48,839 nt of DNA, taken from the NCBI GenBank assembly GCA_000165425.1, contig CT868658.1:310001-358839 (forward strand), in the 5' to 3' direction. Under the pieces are notes generated by a model. The model saw only the letters and a program-made list of their open reading frames with translations, searched no databases and was not told where the DNA came from. Origin of the DNA: Paramecium tetraurelia. Taxonomy: Eukaryota. This document shows, piece by piece, positions 1 to 13,337 of this stretch. Position numbers and translations under genes: made by a program. Position 1 is the first letter of the stretch, and the number at the start of each line of letters is the position of its first letter.

Positions 1-397
1 TAATTTCATCGTCTTTCAAATCTTTCAGACTCCCTTTAGCCAATTTCATTTGAAAGACTAAGAAATACTTTTAAACTGGGATAGTTTCTGACCAAGCATA
101 GATTTTGTCAAAATAAATTATATTTGGATGGATATTAATTTGTCTATTCATTTAAACTTCTTTCAAGGCTTAATCGTATGATTTTTTGCTAGAATAGAGG
201 AGAGAACATTACTTGATGCACTACACTATTTTGACTGCACAACATTATGATGGATTCGATTTAAATGTCATTTTATACACTTATCCATATGATCCTGATC
301 CCAATAGAACTTAATTGGCAGTATCAAAGTCATTTTGATAATCTTCTGCATTGGGGAAACACAAAGCGTCAAGGCTATCTCCCTCTTTTTTACTCAT
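1..397 (-). CDS. Protein kinase, 5' portion (continues beyond window start)
   Basis: ATG at 397; MSKKEGDSLD...LLGSGSYGQVYK (Gly-rich loop)...CAVKIV (catalytic Lys)...KEVQMNRQINIHPNIIYF (alphaC Glu, HPNI). Probable 24-nt intron at 189-212. Confidence 0.9.
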
Positions 398-427
398 TTA
401 ATCTTATTAAAATATTAATTCAATAAG

Positions 428-1483
428 ATGAATGCAAAGGTTCGCATAGGAATAATGTCCACAGCTGAGATAGCTCACAAAGTGTGTTAGGCAATCAATT
501 GCTCTGATCATGCTGAAGTCTATTGTGTAGCCAGTCGATCCTTAGAAAAAGCAAGATAATGGGCAGATGCTCATAACATCAAAATAGCATATGGCTCATA
601 TGATGAATTGTTGGAAGACCCAAACGTAGATGGAGTCTATATTCCATTGCCAACATCTTTGAAAAAAGAATGGGCAATCAAAGCTGCCAACAAGAAAAAA
701 CATGTATTAGTGGAGAAGCCATTGCCTGGAGCTGACTCCTCTAAATGTTTGGAAGAAATAATTAAGAGTTGTGAGGAGAATGGAGTTTAATTTTTGGATG
801 GAACCATGTGGTTGCATTCCCTAAGAACATAAGTTGTGAAATAGAAGAAATAGGAATTAGGAAAAGTCTCAAAAGTGATAGCTGCATTTACATTCAAGGC
901 TCCAAATGAAGAGTGGTTACATGGAGGTAATGGAAGAACAAATAAAAATCAAGAACCCCAAGGTTGTTTGGGTGATTAGGGATGGTATCCTGTAGGAGCA
1001 ATCCTTTTTGCTTTCGACTATGAATTACCAAAATTTGTTTAATGTCTCTAGTACAAATTAAATAAAGTTGATACGATTATCGAATATTCTGGATTCATAG
1101 AATTTTCAGATTAAAGATATGCTTACTTCGATTGTGGAGCTACCTCCGCTCATAGATCCTATGTAGATATTATTTGTGAAAATGGACAAATCAGAATAGA
1201 TGATTTAGTTGGAGGATTTGGTAGAACAGGAAACTTCAATGCCTATTTTGAAAACTTTGTTGGAAGTGAGAGGTTCTTTGTAGACGATGTTTAGGGAAAG
1301 GAGGAAGTCGTTAAGGTTGAAGCTTCGAATCACACAGTAAAAATGATTGATACCTTTGCTAATATCATCCAATCCAAAAAGACTGATGATTCATGGCATC
1401 ACAGAAGTTTGACTACTCATAGAGTGTTGGCAGCCTTATTCAGAGCTACTTAGAAGGTTGGAGAGAAGTTTTAAATCTTATGA
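428..1483 (+). CDS. Gfo/Idh/MocA family NAD(P)-dependent oxidoreductase, 351 aa, intronless
   Basis: Continuous ORF in code 6: MNAKVRIGIMSTAEIA...VASRSLEKA...YGSYDELLEDPNVDGVYIPLPT...KHVLVEKP...GCLGDQGWYP; ends TGA at 1481-1483. Confidence 0.93.
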
Positions 1484-1514
1484 TGATGAGTTTTAGAAAT
1501 ATATATTAAATAAA

Positions 1515-2542
1515 TCAATAATTGGTGTACACTTATTTTCTTTCATATTCAAAGAAATTATCTGTTTTAAATTCAGACACACTCAATCTATCCTGATTTT
1601 ACTGGAGTTTCACTTTTCTTAAGTGTTATTTACAATCAATTATAAATTCCTTACATTCCTTTTTGAAGTTCTTGAGTTTTTATTGATTTATTGTTAGTTT
1701 ATTCAACCTTCCAAAAAATTTGATTTGCTTACCATTTAAACATAACAATTTGTAGATCTCAAATAAATCAAACATCTCTTCATTATTCTGGCTTCTTAAA
1801 TCAATTATCAACTCCTTCAAATAATCAATCTATTGACTTTGGAATTGCTCAAGATCTTTCAGTATAAGTTGAAAGCAGAAATCCAACTTTGGACACTTCT
1901 ATCCCTCAATTATACGCAATCCCATCGAACAGATGTTTTAAATTACATACAATTCGATTATGGGAATTCCACTTTACTAATAATGACATACTCGTTTCAA
2001 ATATGTGTAGTATAATTGTAACATAGATTGATAGGATAGAGGTTCTCTTATTATGTGTCTCTCAGTTTATTATTTCTCCGAGTAGCTCTAAAAACAATCC
2101 ATTCTTTTGGAGTGCAGTCTTTATTACTTTGACTCCGTTTAAAAGTGAGGATGATTCACATCTGCCGATTACTGAGAAGATCTCAAGGACGAGAATTAAC
2201 TACTTCTTGCAAAAGTACTAGAAGAACTCATTTCTGTCGATAACCTTTCCATTATAAAACTATTATTCAAGACATTTGTGATCCAATAGATATTACATTC
2301 CTAAAATACTTGCACATCGAGGGTATTTTTCTGTATCATGAAGTGAAATACACATAATAACTTTATTACTTACTCAGGGAACACCATTTTTGTGATATCT
2401 GACTTAGATAAATAATTAAAGACGTTTTGAATGCCTACAAGATATTAAAAATTGAATGACCTGCTTTTTCTAATTAAACTGCACTTTCAGCAAGATTTAA
2501 ATTGTTCGTATTCAGGATTTTTGAAATTGTTTGACTAATCAT
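1515..2542 (-). CDS. Hypothetical protein, weak ANTH/ENTH-like N-terminal helical signature
   Basis: ATG at 2542, 26-nt intron at 2435-2460, frame open to TGA at 1515. VIKLLCVFHFMIQ resembles the ANTH K.L..lH.ll motif (weak). Confidence 0.65.
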
Positions 2543-2856
2543 TAAGAACTTTATAATTAATTATTAAAATTGATAATTATAAGTCTAAATAAATGTAATA
2601 TTCATGAAACTGAAATTTTCTTTAACTTAATAATGTTAAGATATCACAAAGCACTTATCCTTATTAACACACTATTACAATACCAATTATCCTGTTGGTT
2701 AACAGAATACCTTAATCTCTAGACTCTTCTTATCATGGTTCAGTATTATCCTCTGTTCTCTGTTGAATCATTGGCCACTCAAATTTTTCGTCATAATATG
2801 ATAAAATAGTATTTTCATTATTTTAACACAATTATTATTTATTATATTATTTGCTA

Positions 2857-3433
2857 ATGAACAAGTCCAACTATCAATACTACACTAACGATTCAAATGA
2901 ACTCATTCGGAGAGACAGGTAAAAATCACAATAACTATAATTCTAGAGACTTTCTCATACATCAATAAAAATTAGAAGAAATCAAACGATCCAAAAGCGC
3001 TATTGGATGCAACAGAACTAAATCAATCAAGTTACCCAAATCAACCAATATTAAAGATGAAATGAAAATCGCTGAAATATAACATAAAAATCAACTCTTA
3101 GCTTCAAATCTAGCCAGAATACATTCCAGACCATATTAATTACCTCAAAAATCTCAAAATTTTTAAGTTTCCATGAAATCCTCTTAATCAAAAGAAAAAC
3201 TTAAGGAACATACTTTTAAGTTATTGGATGAAAATATCAATTTATGCAAAAGAATATTAGATTAACAAAGCCAGATCGATTTCAAATAAAAATTATAAGA
3301 GTATAAACAACATAAAAAAATAAAGATAAGACTTTTAAAAGTTAAGAGATAATTTGAATAATAAGAAAAATTAGCTGTTGATTAGAGATTTAAATCAAAA
3401 TCATTTAGTTAAGTGTAGATCAATAAAATTTGA
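2857..3433 (+). CDS. CFAP97/KIAA1430 (Hemingway)-domain-like ciliary coiled-coil protein
   Basis: ATG 2857, one tiny intron near 2919-2946; HQQKLEEIK...EIQHKNQLLASNLARI...KLLDENINLCKRI matches the repeated eI..eN..Ll.rl pattern of this family; TGA at 3431. Confidence 0.7.
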
Positions 3434-3475
3434 ATTAATTTATTTTAAAGTAGTACTTTAACTTATGATTTATAT

Positions 3476-6071
3476 TCAATTTTACAGCGAAAATTTATCG
3501 CCGTACTAAGCTTTAAGATTAATATTCAGCATTTTCAATCTCTCCTTTTTTACTTCAATAGGCTCTTGATTGTTCTAAAAGTTTTTAACATAGGGTGATT
3601 TGTGTACCATACCTGGCAAAAGAATCTTATTGCCAAAATACGGCATTGACTTTTAATTCTTTTTGCCACTCATGACTCTTTCAAATCTCTACTATTGGTA
3701 TTCTTAATGCAATTATTTAAGTTTCCTAAGACTAACTGAGTTCTATAGATCCCCTGAACTCTTATTGACACTTTCTCTACCACTCTCTAAATCCAATGAT
3801 CTATTCACATATTTTCCAATCGCAGATTTTCTTGATGAACTTGGAGGACGATATGATGGTGGTCTATTCAATCTAGTAGTGTATCTTTGAGCCATTCGAT
3901 ATTTCAGAGGATTACCTATTAGATTGATATTTTTACTATTCAGACTTGTATTCTAAGTTTTGGGAGATTTTTGCAATTAAGTCATCTATAAGACAGGAGG
4001 TAACTTAAGATGAGACTTTTTTTTTTAGTGTTTGCTAAAATTACAACATATATGAGTACCTTTGTATAGCATAAGTTTATCCTCCTGTAATCAAATAATA
4101 AGGAGAATCTACTCCAGGTAGACTTGGAACTATAAACTATAATTGAGAGTTACCTTTTTTTGGCCCATTTTGTTAACTAGATTTAGATTTTGCACTTTAA
4201 ACATGTTTAGTTTATTATTGCTAATGAATTTAAGTTCTCAATTGTCTGACTTACTCATCTTGTATAGATTCCTGGTATCTTCTTCTTTTTTCGTAAATTT
4301 GTAACTCAACATTTTCCTATGATATTCTAGTTAATTACTATCTTTAGTTCTCCCTATTTGAGGATTCCTTACAAATAAGTCTTTTAACTTAAATCAGGGA
4401 TTTATTAGATCTACTTTTAAATATCAACTTTCTTGATGTCATATTCAAGTAATTGCTGTTTCATGTCATCTTCACTTTATTTGAGAATAGCTTTTTGTGT
4501 TTTGGCATTATCAATTTTCTCCATTATTTTTATCTAATCAAACTTATCCAAAGAGCGTCCCTTTTGATATTGCAGGAATCCTATATTCTGTTGAAAATGA
4601 TTTTGCTATTGTTCAATTTCGTATAAATTGTTTTTAGCCTCAATAATATCGGATATATTTTGATTGATCATAGATTCCAAATCATTGACTTATTATTTCA
4701 AAGTCATTATTGGGGGAACTGGAATAGTTTTTTAATTAAGAGATGGCAACCCTAATTAATAGATGTACTTGCTTACTTGTTTAAGGAGTAATGGAATTCA
4801 GTTGTTATTATTGAATCAATTACTTGAGTTCTTCATTTTCTTATCGTAGATTTTAAATTAACAGGGCATAATTACTGATATGATTTTATGCAACTAAGAC
4901 ATTCCTATTGGCAACAGTTTTAATGTTCTTGGCTCTATTTGCATATACCAATGTATTGTAGGTTTCCTCAAAACTACTGACAGCTGGGGTAACATTAGAA
5001 ATCATTACGGTTCTGCAATTACCACCTAGGGAGTCTTTCAACAATCTGGTTAATTTAGAATTTCTAAAAGGTATGAATGGATTTTTGATTCCTTTTTCAT
5101 TAGCTTCTGACAGTGATTAGATGCAATTGCCTAAAACTAACAACGATTTGTTGATATTTGCTCCCTCTATCATTCTTTGGCCTCTATTGTTTGTATTGGC
5201 AGCTCTTTCACTACCTGCTAAATCCACCAAACTGAATTTGCTTTGAATGATTTGTTCCTGTAATCCAGAGGCCTTGTCTTTGCATTCGACTTAAACTTAT
5301 AAGATAGCATGAGATCTAGATGACTCTTTGTTCGCATCGGTTGCCTCTTTGGATCGATTTCTATTTCCAACTTTTAAAAGGGACAAGACTTCAGTAACTG
5401 TTTTAACTTCGATTTCAATGACACCAGCTATTTGTATTCCATTATTTTTGTCTTCTCTAATTTCTAAATTTTTATCTTCTGATGTCAATAAATCTCGTAT
5501 GTTCTCATTATAGATTTCAACGTAAGAGACCTTGAATTAAGTGTCTTTGAATCGATCCGATTGAGAGAAATTAAAAAGGGATTGCAATGCTCTGGGCATC
5601 AAACCAACATCTTGTTAGGTTCCTATCATCCTATTGCTATCAATATACAGTATACGTAAAGGTTTTGCCAGAACCTGTTGCGCCATAGCAAAATACAGTG
5701 GTATTGAATCCTTCCAATACTCCCTCCAATAAAAACTCGGTGGTGTTTTCGTAGATCTTCTATTGAGGAGCCCATTGATCAAAAACAAAATCAAATGCAA
5801 AGTTAGTTTCCTTCAACCTATTTTTTCTTAATAACTATTCTATATCATGTCAATACTTCATCTTCTCTCTCCGATTCTGGATCCATCAACACTATCATCT
5901 TGCCATCGAGTATTCGAATGGTTTCAAACTCTGAAACACCTCTTTCCTTCAAATTTAGAGGCCTGACTCTTATTGCTACCTAGAAGATAGAGAGATAATT
6001 ACTAGAATGTTGCTGGATCCATTTTTTAGTTCTTCCAAAAATTTATTTGTTTCATTCTCAAATTAATGCAT
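3476..6071 (-). CDS. Kinesin-8 family (KIF18/KIF19-like) motor protein
   Basis: MHQFENE...SSNILVAIRVRP; P-loop [10 protein letters not shown]; switch [11 protein letters not shown]; switch [51 protein letters not shown]; coiled-coil tail; several tiny introns; TGA at 3476. Confidence 0.95.
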
Positions 6072-6186
6072 CAAATGTATTTATCAATATAATAATTATG
6101 TAATTAATTACCAAAAATATTAAGAAATGAATAATGTCTTAGAATTTAATATTTATTTGAATTATTTCAATCAAACCATATCAAAA

Positions 6187-7517
6187 ATGGGAAACTGTCA
6201 ACAATGCACCAATTTTGGTCTAAGTAACTAGACACCTGAACTCAGAACAAAATAAACAAAACCCAAACAGAAACTCAATTTTACAAATAAGTTTACACAT
6301 CAAAATATCAAGGGGCTAATTAAAATACAAGCCGCATTCAAAGGCTATTTGGCTAGAAAGTAGTATTTCAATGAAAACTTATTCATTAGATAATTTTCCC
6401 TTCTCTCCACATAATAGAAGTAAAGTTCACCGATCCATTATCACGACATCCAGGAATATGATGCCTCCGACGACTCTCCCAATCAGCCACAGTACTTGAT
6501 CATGAGAAAGAGCATGATATAGGAGTATTTGTTAGAGGAGGAAGAGGTGAATAAAAAATTTGTTGAAGCTATTTAATAATGTTAATCCAATTGTAATAAG
6601 GATATCACTGATAATTAAAGTTAGATCTCGGAAAGCAGCCCACCATCAAGTCTGATAAAATAATTCTCATTTGATATGTCTGCCCTTTGCTTTATTCCGA
6701 AAAGTAAGAATGATCAATTATTGACACTTACTCGATCATAGATCAAACTGCCAATCATCCTAATGATTAATGGAGCTTACTATGAGGGACAATGGAATAA
6801 TGGCAAAGCAAATGGCTTTGGTAAATACACAATGATTGATAACTCATCTTATGTGGGAGAATGGTTTAATAATAAAGCCCATGGTTTTGGTACTTTCTAA
6901 TTACTGGACGGAGAAACCTTCAGAGGTCATTGGATTGAGAACGTGGTGGAAGGCTAGGGTAAGTATACCTTCGCAGATGGCACCTATTATGAAGGAGAAT
7001 GGAAGAATGATTTGCCAAATGGAATTGGAATTCAAACTTACTCCAATGGCTGGAGTTATGAAGGTACAACTTTTTTATATCTAAGAAAGGAAGTTTTCTC
7101 AATGGCATTAAGAATGGATAAGGAATATTAAGGTTTCCTGATGGTTCCATCTACGAAGGAACTTTTGAGGGAGATGTTCCTCAAGGAGTTGGTGCTCTCA
7201 AATTCCACGATGGCAGAAATTATACAGGGGATTGGAAAAATGGAGTCAAACATGGCAAAGGAATATTTAAATGGCCTGATGGATCCAAGTATGATGGATA
7301 CTATATCAATGATGAAAGAGAAGGATATGGAATTCTCTACTGGCCAAACGGTTAAAAATATCTAGGATTGTGGAAACAAGGATTATTCCATGGTAACGGA
7401 TAAATTATGAAGCCTAATGGTACTTTAATAAGAGGAAAGTGGATTAAAGGTAAAAGAATTCAATCTAAATTAAACACCAATGCATCCGGAAAAACAAAAA
7501 CATCTTAAATTGATTGA
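6187..7517 (+). CDS. MORN-repeat protein with N-terminal MGNC acylation motif and IQ motif
   Basis: MGNCQQC start; IKIQAAFKGYLARK IQ motif; multiple YEGQWNNGKANGFG / YTGDWKNGVKHGKG MORN repeats; 26-nt intron near 7064; TGA at 7515. Confidence 0.93.
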
Positions 7518-7821
7518 ATATTTATGTCATTAGTTACTCAAATACATATTATTACTCTTAAAAGCTTTTCATCTATTAACTGAAATTATCAAAATTCCTT
7601 AATACTGATCAATAAATTTAAGGTTCGCCTTTCAAGATTGAATTTTCCTTTAGAATAATCCCTATGAATCTTATTAAAGTATATAATCCAGTATTTATTA
7701 TAAATAGTTAATTATTAACATAATTATCAACTATCTTTGACAAATGATTGAAGAACCTTACAAATAGGTTTTAAAATTTAATAGAAAAAAATATTTAGAA
7801 TATTCTATTTAATTGTTGTAT

Positions 7822-9026
7822 TCATAATAATAACTCATGAATAAAACTTTCTGTTAATATGTTTACTTATTATCTCGTTAATCTAAGTAAATTATCAAGA
7901 AGTTAGGATGATTCAAAAGGTAAATCATTAGTGTATTGTTTTTATTATTTTGGTTCTCTTGCCAAGATTATGTTGTTTATTTTGATGTCCTTTCGGTTTA
8001 GAACTTTATCAATAATGTTATTTTATAATATCATCAAGTCTTGCAATTCTAATATTTAAGCATTTTGTTAAACAAATAGAGATGTAAAAGTAGATATCTG
8101 AGGTAACATTTATTCTATCTCCTTCATTTCTTTTTCAATATTTTGATATGCTATCAGTTAACTTTCCAAATTTACAATAGATTCTTATTATTTATAATAT
8201 TCAGGTCTAATCATATCTAATTAGCTTTTTAATGATCTCATTATATCATCATTTTCCTCATCTCTGTAGTCCAATAGTTTCTAACTCTCTTTTAATTACC
8301 CTAAACAAAAATATAGAATACTTCGTTAACACTGTAATTTAATCATTCATACTGATTATTTATAAACTTAATTTAGTGCTCTAACTTTATTCAAATCTTA
8401 GTTATTCATTTAAATGGTGATTCTACATTTATAAATGTTAATTCAATTAGATCAATGTCAATTTATCTCTTTCACTCCCATTTTATCCTTCAATAATTGA
8501 CTATTCATGATAACGAGTATATCAGTACATTAGCTCTTCCTTTTTTTGGAGATATCTCACACTTTCTGCTTCTATTTGTGCTAGTAGGATTTCTGCTATT
8601 GCAATCATGAGAAAATATATCAAATAAATTTTGGGCAGATGGCTATAAAGATTTAATGTTGGGATAAGCACTTTTCCTTTCTTTTTTTTCAGTAACCTAA
8701 AATAACAATATTTAAAATTCTTATACAAAATTTTGTAGATCGGTTTTGCATTTTCCATCTTCCAACAATTTCTAAACACTTTTTTTTCCTTATATCCTTT
8801 CAGTGTAATCAACCTTGCATTAAACACCCTTTTTCTTTTTTAATTACTCCTAATTAAATTTTGATTGTCTTTATGAAAGGATTTCTTCTAATTTTTTTAA
8901 CATAGCTTAAGGTTTGAGTTACTTAGCAATTTCTTTTTTCTAAGAGTTCTGATTAAAGCTTGTTGATCTTTGAGTCTTAGACTAAGAAAATGTTGTATAT
9001 TTTTGAAGCTAGTTTTCATTATCCAT
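7822..9026 (-). CDS. Hypothetical coiled-coil protein
   Basis: ATG at 9026 (MDNENQLQKY...), at least two tiny introns, Q/E/K-rich heptads, ends ...ESFIHELLL-TGA at 7822. Confidence 0.7.
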
Positions 9027-9101
9027 TTAACGAATTATATATTTTATACATTCTTTATATCAAGAAACTCTTGTTATTAATTTTATTATAAATCTATACT
9101 A

Positions 9102-9618
9102 ATGTAAGATAGTCAACACTAACACTTTCAATCAGAAATGATTCCCACTCCTAACGATGACTTATTCTCTTATATAGTTAATCCTCCAACACGGGATTAA
9201 TCGATGTAAGAAGAATCACCAAATTCAAAAGTGTCTCCACCTTAATAAACTGTTCACCATGTTCCTTTTCAACGACAGCCAAAACTAGAGAAGCCAGTTC
9301 ATAATGCCCAATAAAACCAAATCAGTAAATTTTTGGATTATGATTGTAGTCTCACAAATAGATTCGAAACACCCAAGCATAATAACATGTGGTTATTGTT
9401 AACACTAAGTCCAAACGGTTATAAATTATGAGCCAGGTGCAGGAACTTACTTAATAGGAAGTTTATTGGCAATTGTAGGTCTTTGGTTTGGGTATGTATA
9501 AAATTAAACTTAAAGTTGTTGTTTAATACCTTGCTTTATAGATGACTGCAAAGATGTAGTTCATTTATGTCCTTCATGTTAACACAAAATTGGAAAGAAG
9601 AGATTTATTTTTGATTGA
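9102..9618 (+). CDS. LITAF-like zinc-ribbon domain protein
   Basis: Pro/Gln-rich N-terminus, then PSIITCGYC...EPGAGTYL (hydrophobic) GCCLIPCFIDDCKDVVHLCPSC; two tiny introns; TGA at 9616. Confidence 0.93.
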
Positions 9619-10038
9619 ATAAAATAAGCGTCATGCCATTTTTAGATTCTAATTTTATTCTGTTTTATAATTACAATCAATTTATATACATCTTAATCTT
9701 TGTGGGCTTTAATGCTTATAAAAATAAGCATCATAGAGGTAATAATTTTAATTTTGGCTATTTCCATTTCATAATTATCCAACACATAGTTAATCCTATA
9801 ATTTCAAAAGGTTGTTATGTCAAAGTCTTTGTTTAATTATTATATTTTTTGGTGTAGCAATTCATCATCCTGAATATGATAGAAACGTTTAACTTTAAAT
9901 AGGAATAATGGGTATAATTAAATACTAATTAATACTTTTTGAGTATAAAAAAAATAAAATAAATAATAAAGCATTGAAAAATAGATTTCATGTATTTTAT
10001 TAACAAATACAATTAATAAAAGTATATTCTAAACAAAA

Positions 10039-13000
10039 TCATTGATTGTTCAAAGAGTAATTTAACAAAAACCTAGAATCTTTGTTTTCTAAAGAACTCC
10101 ATTCCTAATTTTATGATTAGGCTAACCATATTTTATCGAGTATCTAATAAGTAAAGGATTTAATTACTTCAGAAATTGGAATAAATTATTTATAAGCTTT
10201 CTTCGTTATTTGTTTTGGTACTTCCTTTTTTTCTTCTATAATTATTTTCTCAGGTTAGTTTAAATTTACTTCTCCATTCATTGCTCTCTCAATTTATTAC
10301 CCTAATCCTTTTTCTTTTTCTACTGTCTAATTAGAATAATAAAATAATATACAATTTAGACATCTTTAGATAGTTCTTCTGGTTTTATTAGAATATCATT
10401 ACCAAAGATTTTAGTAATAATAATGTTGGCCAAACTTTAATAATCTCCAATTTATAACTCAAGGTTTTTCCAAATAAAAGAATGCATATTTTTTAAATTG
10501 ATTTGTTCAACCAAAAATGTTATCAAAAACTATTTAATTTCATGAAGGTCATTTGGTGTGAACTTAATGTATAATTTTGTTTCTGGTTCTATTATTGGAT
10601 GAAGTGATTTTTATTTCGCAATTTTAAGAGAGAGTTATTCCAATAGTATTTTTTGATTTGAATCACTGCATGTGTATTATGCATTAAAACGATTGAAAAA
10701 AGGTTGCAAACTGCTATTTATTAGTTTTTCTGGCTATTGTATAGTCATTACAATTCGGTGGTGATATTCTTCTAGTATACACTTTTCTAATTCTCCAGCA
10801 GTCAACAACAACAACTCATCATTTGTTAACTAATATTAAGTCTCAATTTTACTTTATGATAATTATAGATAACCTTTTTCTGTATCTTATCACCTCCAAG
10901 TCTCCAAGCTAAACACCCAGAACGATAAGGGACTCTTCCGCAACAATAGAGAAACTAAATATAGAGATTTCATCCTTACTATAAACATGAAGCAATCATA
11001 AATATAACGTACTACGTATCTTAAAATTCCAAATACAATTATCAATATTGCAAAAACTGGAAACATCAACAAACAAAACAAACAAAAAGTTATTTCAACC
11101 ATTCCTATGATAATATCTATGAAAGCTCTGAATAATGGGATGAAAAAATGGATATAATCTATTTCGTTGTATTCTTTTCTTTCTGCTGTATCGACATCGT
11201 AAATTAGTAAACATACCATCCATCTATAATATTTAAAATGGTTTACTTAATTAATGTTACAAATCCTGCCCACATAAAAGAAGTTATGAAAAAAAAGAAT
11301 AAAAAGGTTGAGACAAATAATATTAACATGGGTTTCAAAATTAATGTACAGAATACTCCAACAAATAAGAATCGAAATATATAGACTTCAATTAAATTAC
11401 AGATTCTTAAACAACCTTTGCCAAACATATCTGAATCCTCAGACTCCTCAAATTCCCTTCTTGACTTTTCCATTCCTCTGTAAATCGATTTTAAGGTTGA
11501 ACATATCGTCTCCACAAGTTCATCATCTGTAACCTCTCCAGTTTAAGTATTAATTTTTTAATCGTTATAAAATTTTTCTATTGAAAATAAAGCCATCAGC
11601 CCATAATGGCCATATATTCCAAATCGATAAAAAACACAATAGCTATTGACAATCAAGGTAAAATATAGTAAGCATAAACTAGAAAACTTCCAAAAGTAAT
11701 ATGTAGAATTCACTTCGTAATAAATTATTTTCAACAGATAATATCCGTTTCCGCCTTAAAATACTGGATAAGGAGGTACAACTAGACGAACTCTAAAATT
11801 ATTTCAAATATAAACATATTAAAAACTATATTCGGCTTCTAAAATTGCTTTCTTGTCATCTCCTTTATGTCTTTTACTCTTTTTTTATACTTCTATTTAT
11901 TTTCATAAAATTCTAGATATATATTTCTATCTAGTATATTTTTTTGGGATAATTCTTAGATCATTTGATTTTAATACTGCTTTTTTAAGTTCTTCTACTT
12001 CATCCTCAAAGCATCCTTTATATATATTGCCTTATGATCAGGTTTATTCAAAAAGAAAAAGTCTTTTTCATATTATTAAATCAATTAACCTTCATAGTTT
12101 GCCAATTCATTCTAGGGATTAAGATAAAGAATGATACCTTCAATAACTCTTCATAATATTTTTGTGATTAATAACATTCTAGGATTTCCAAAATCTATTT
12201 AACTGCAGATTCAGGCAAATCAATGGAATTCTTCTTCATAAATCTTTATTGAGCATTTATGAGTTATTCACTTATGAGTTCATCAATCTCTTTATTTGAA
12301 TCGTAAATAATTTGATATTTTTCTTAATATTTTCTAAATTCGTAGTTATTTTAATGATTTTTATTAATATGCATGTCACTCAATAAAGCTGCTATTTTCC
12401 AACAATCTTATTCAAAGTCTTTTAACTAATTCTTAATAAAATCCACTTTCAATTTTGTTGCAGATTATGTTTCTTGAGTATGAAAGAGAAATTAATAAAT
12501 AGCAAAATTTAAATTCTTATTTCTTAAAGATAATTACCTTTCCCTTTCCACTTAAAGTTATGCTGCTTTCGTGCTACTATCCCCTATCACTTCTCTATAT
12601 CCTATAAAAAGTGATGGTATCAATAGTGATTTCTACAATATTTATACTATTTACTTTAACGATGATATAAATGCCATGCACTATTGAATAGTTCCATAAT
12701 TTATAAAAGTTTTCTTCATTGTAGATAAAATTTCCTAATCCATTTACACAATCTTAAGCCTTTAACATATCTTTATAAAAAGAGTTTCGAATATTCTTGG
12801 TTCCTTTTACTAACCATCTTGAAATAATCCATTTGTTTTTAGTATTTGTATTGTTATTCGATTACACATCGAAGGTTGCCTCCTTCCTTATTTATTCTAA
12901 TTGATTTTCATTTAATTGGACATAGGGGACAAAATCATAGATATTAATTTCTCTTCGAATTTGATGTAGATCATTATCTCTTAAGATTACAATTTTTTTC

Positions 13001-13282
13001 TTAAAATATGAGGGTGGCAAATTAAATTGATGGTCTTGTTTAGAAAGAACCCAACTTTATCTAATAGGGGTTGTTTTTTAAACGAGCTCATTTGCAATAC
13101 TTTTTAATGGTTATTAGATATTGTCATTTTATGATAATTCCTAATATTAAAAATATGATTACCTCTGTTTGAGCAAATCCTTTAAAATTAATTTCTCCTC
13201 TATGTGGTAAAACATAAAACATTTCATCATCAATATTAAAATTAAGATTTTTAACGAAGTATTGACTGATACCTTGCTGCAT
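10039..13282 (-). CDS. Large uncharacterised multi-pass membrane protein (~1000 aa)
   Basis: ATG 13282 (MQQGISQY...), several tiny introns, hydrophobic block at ~10900-11700 (STYYFWKF..., KSRREFEESEDSDMFGKG, LIYDVD, ILRYVVRYIYDCFM, CCGRVP); TGA at 10039. Exon joins not all verified. Confidence 0.78.
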
Positions 13283-13337
13283 TTAAATGAAAATATATAT
13301 TTTATGTATTTTTAATAATTCAAAAGATAGTCAACAT

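Noticed and set aside
2604..2801. 65-codon plus-strand ORF and coding-like minus-strand fragments between two genes
   Set aside because: With a single stop codon, such ORFs arise by chance; no motif and no consistent spliced model.
9630..9900. Short coding-like minus-strand fragments downstream of the LITAF gene
   Set aside because: Broken by TGA in the frames examined and no recognisable family; too weak to call.
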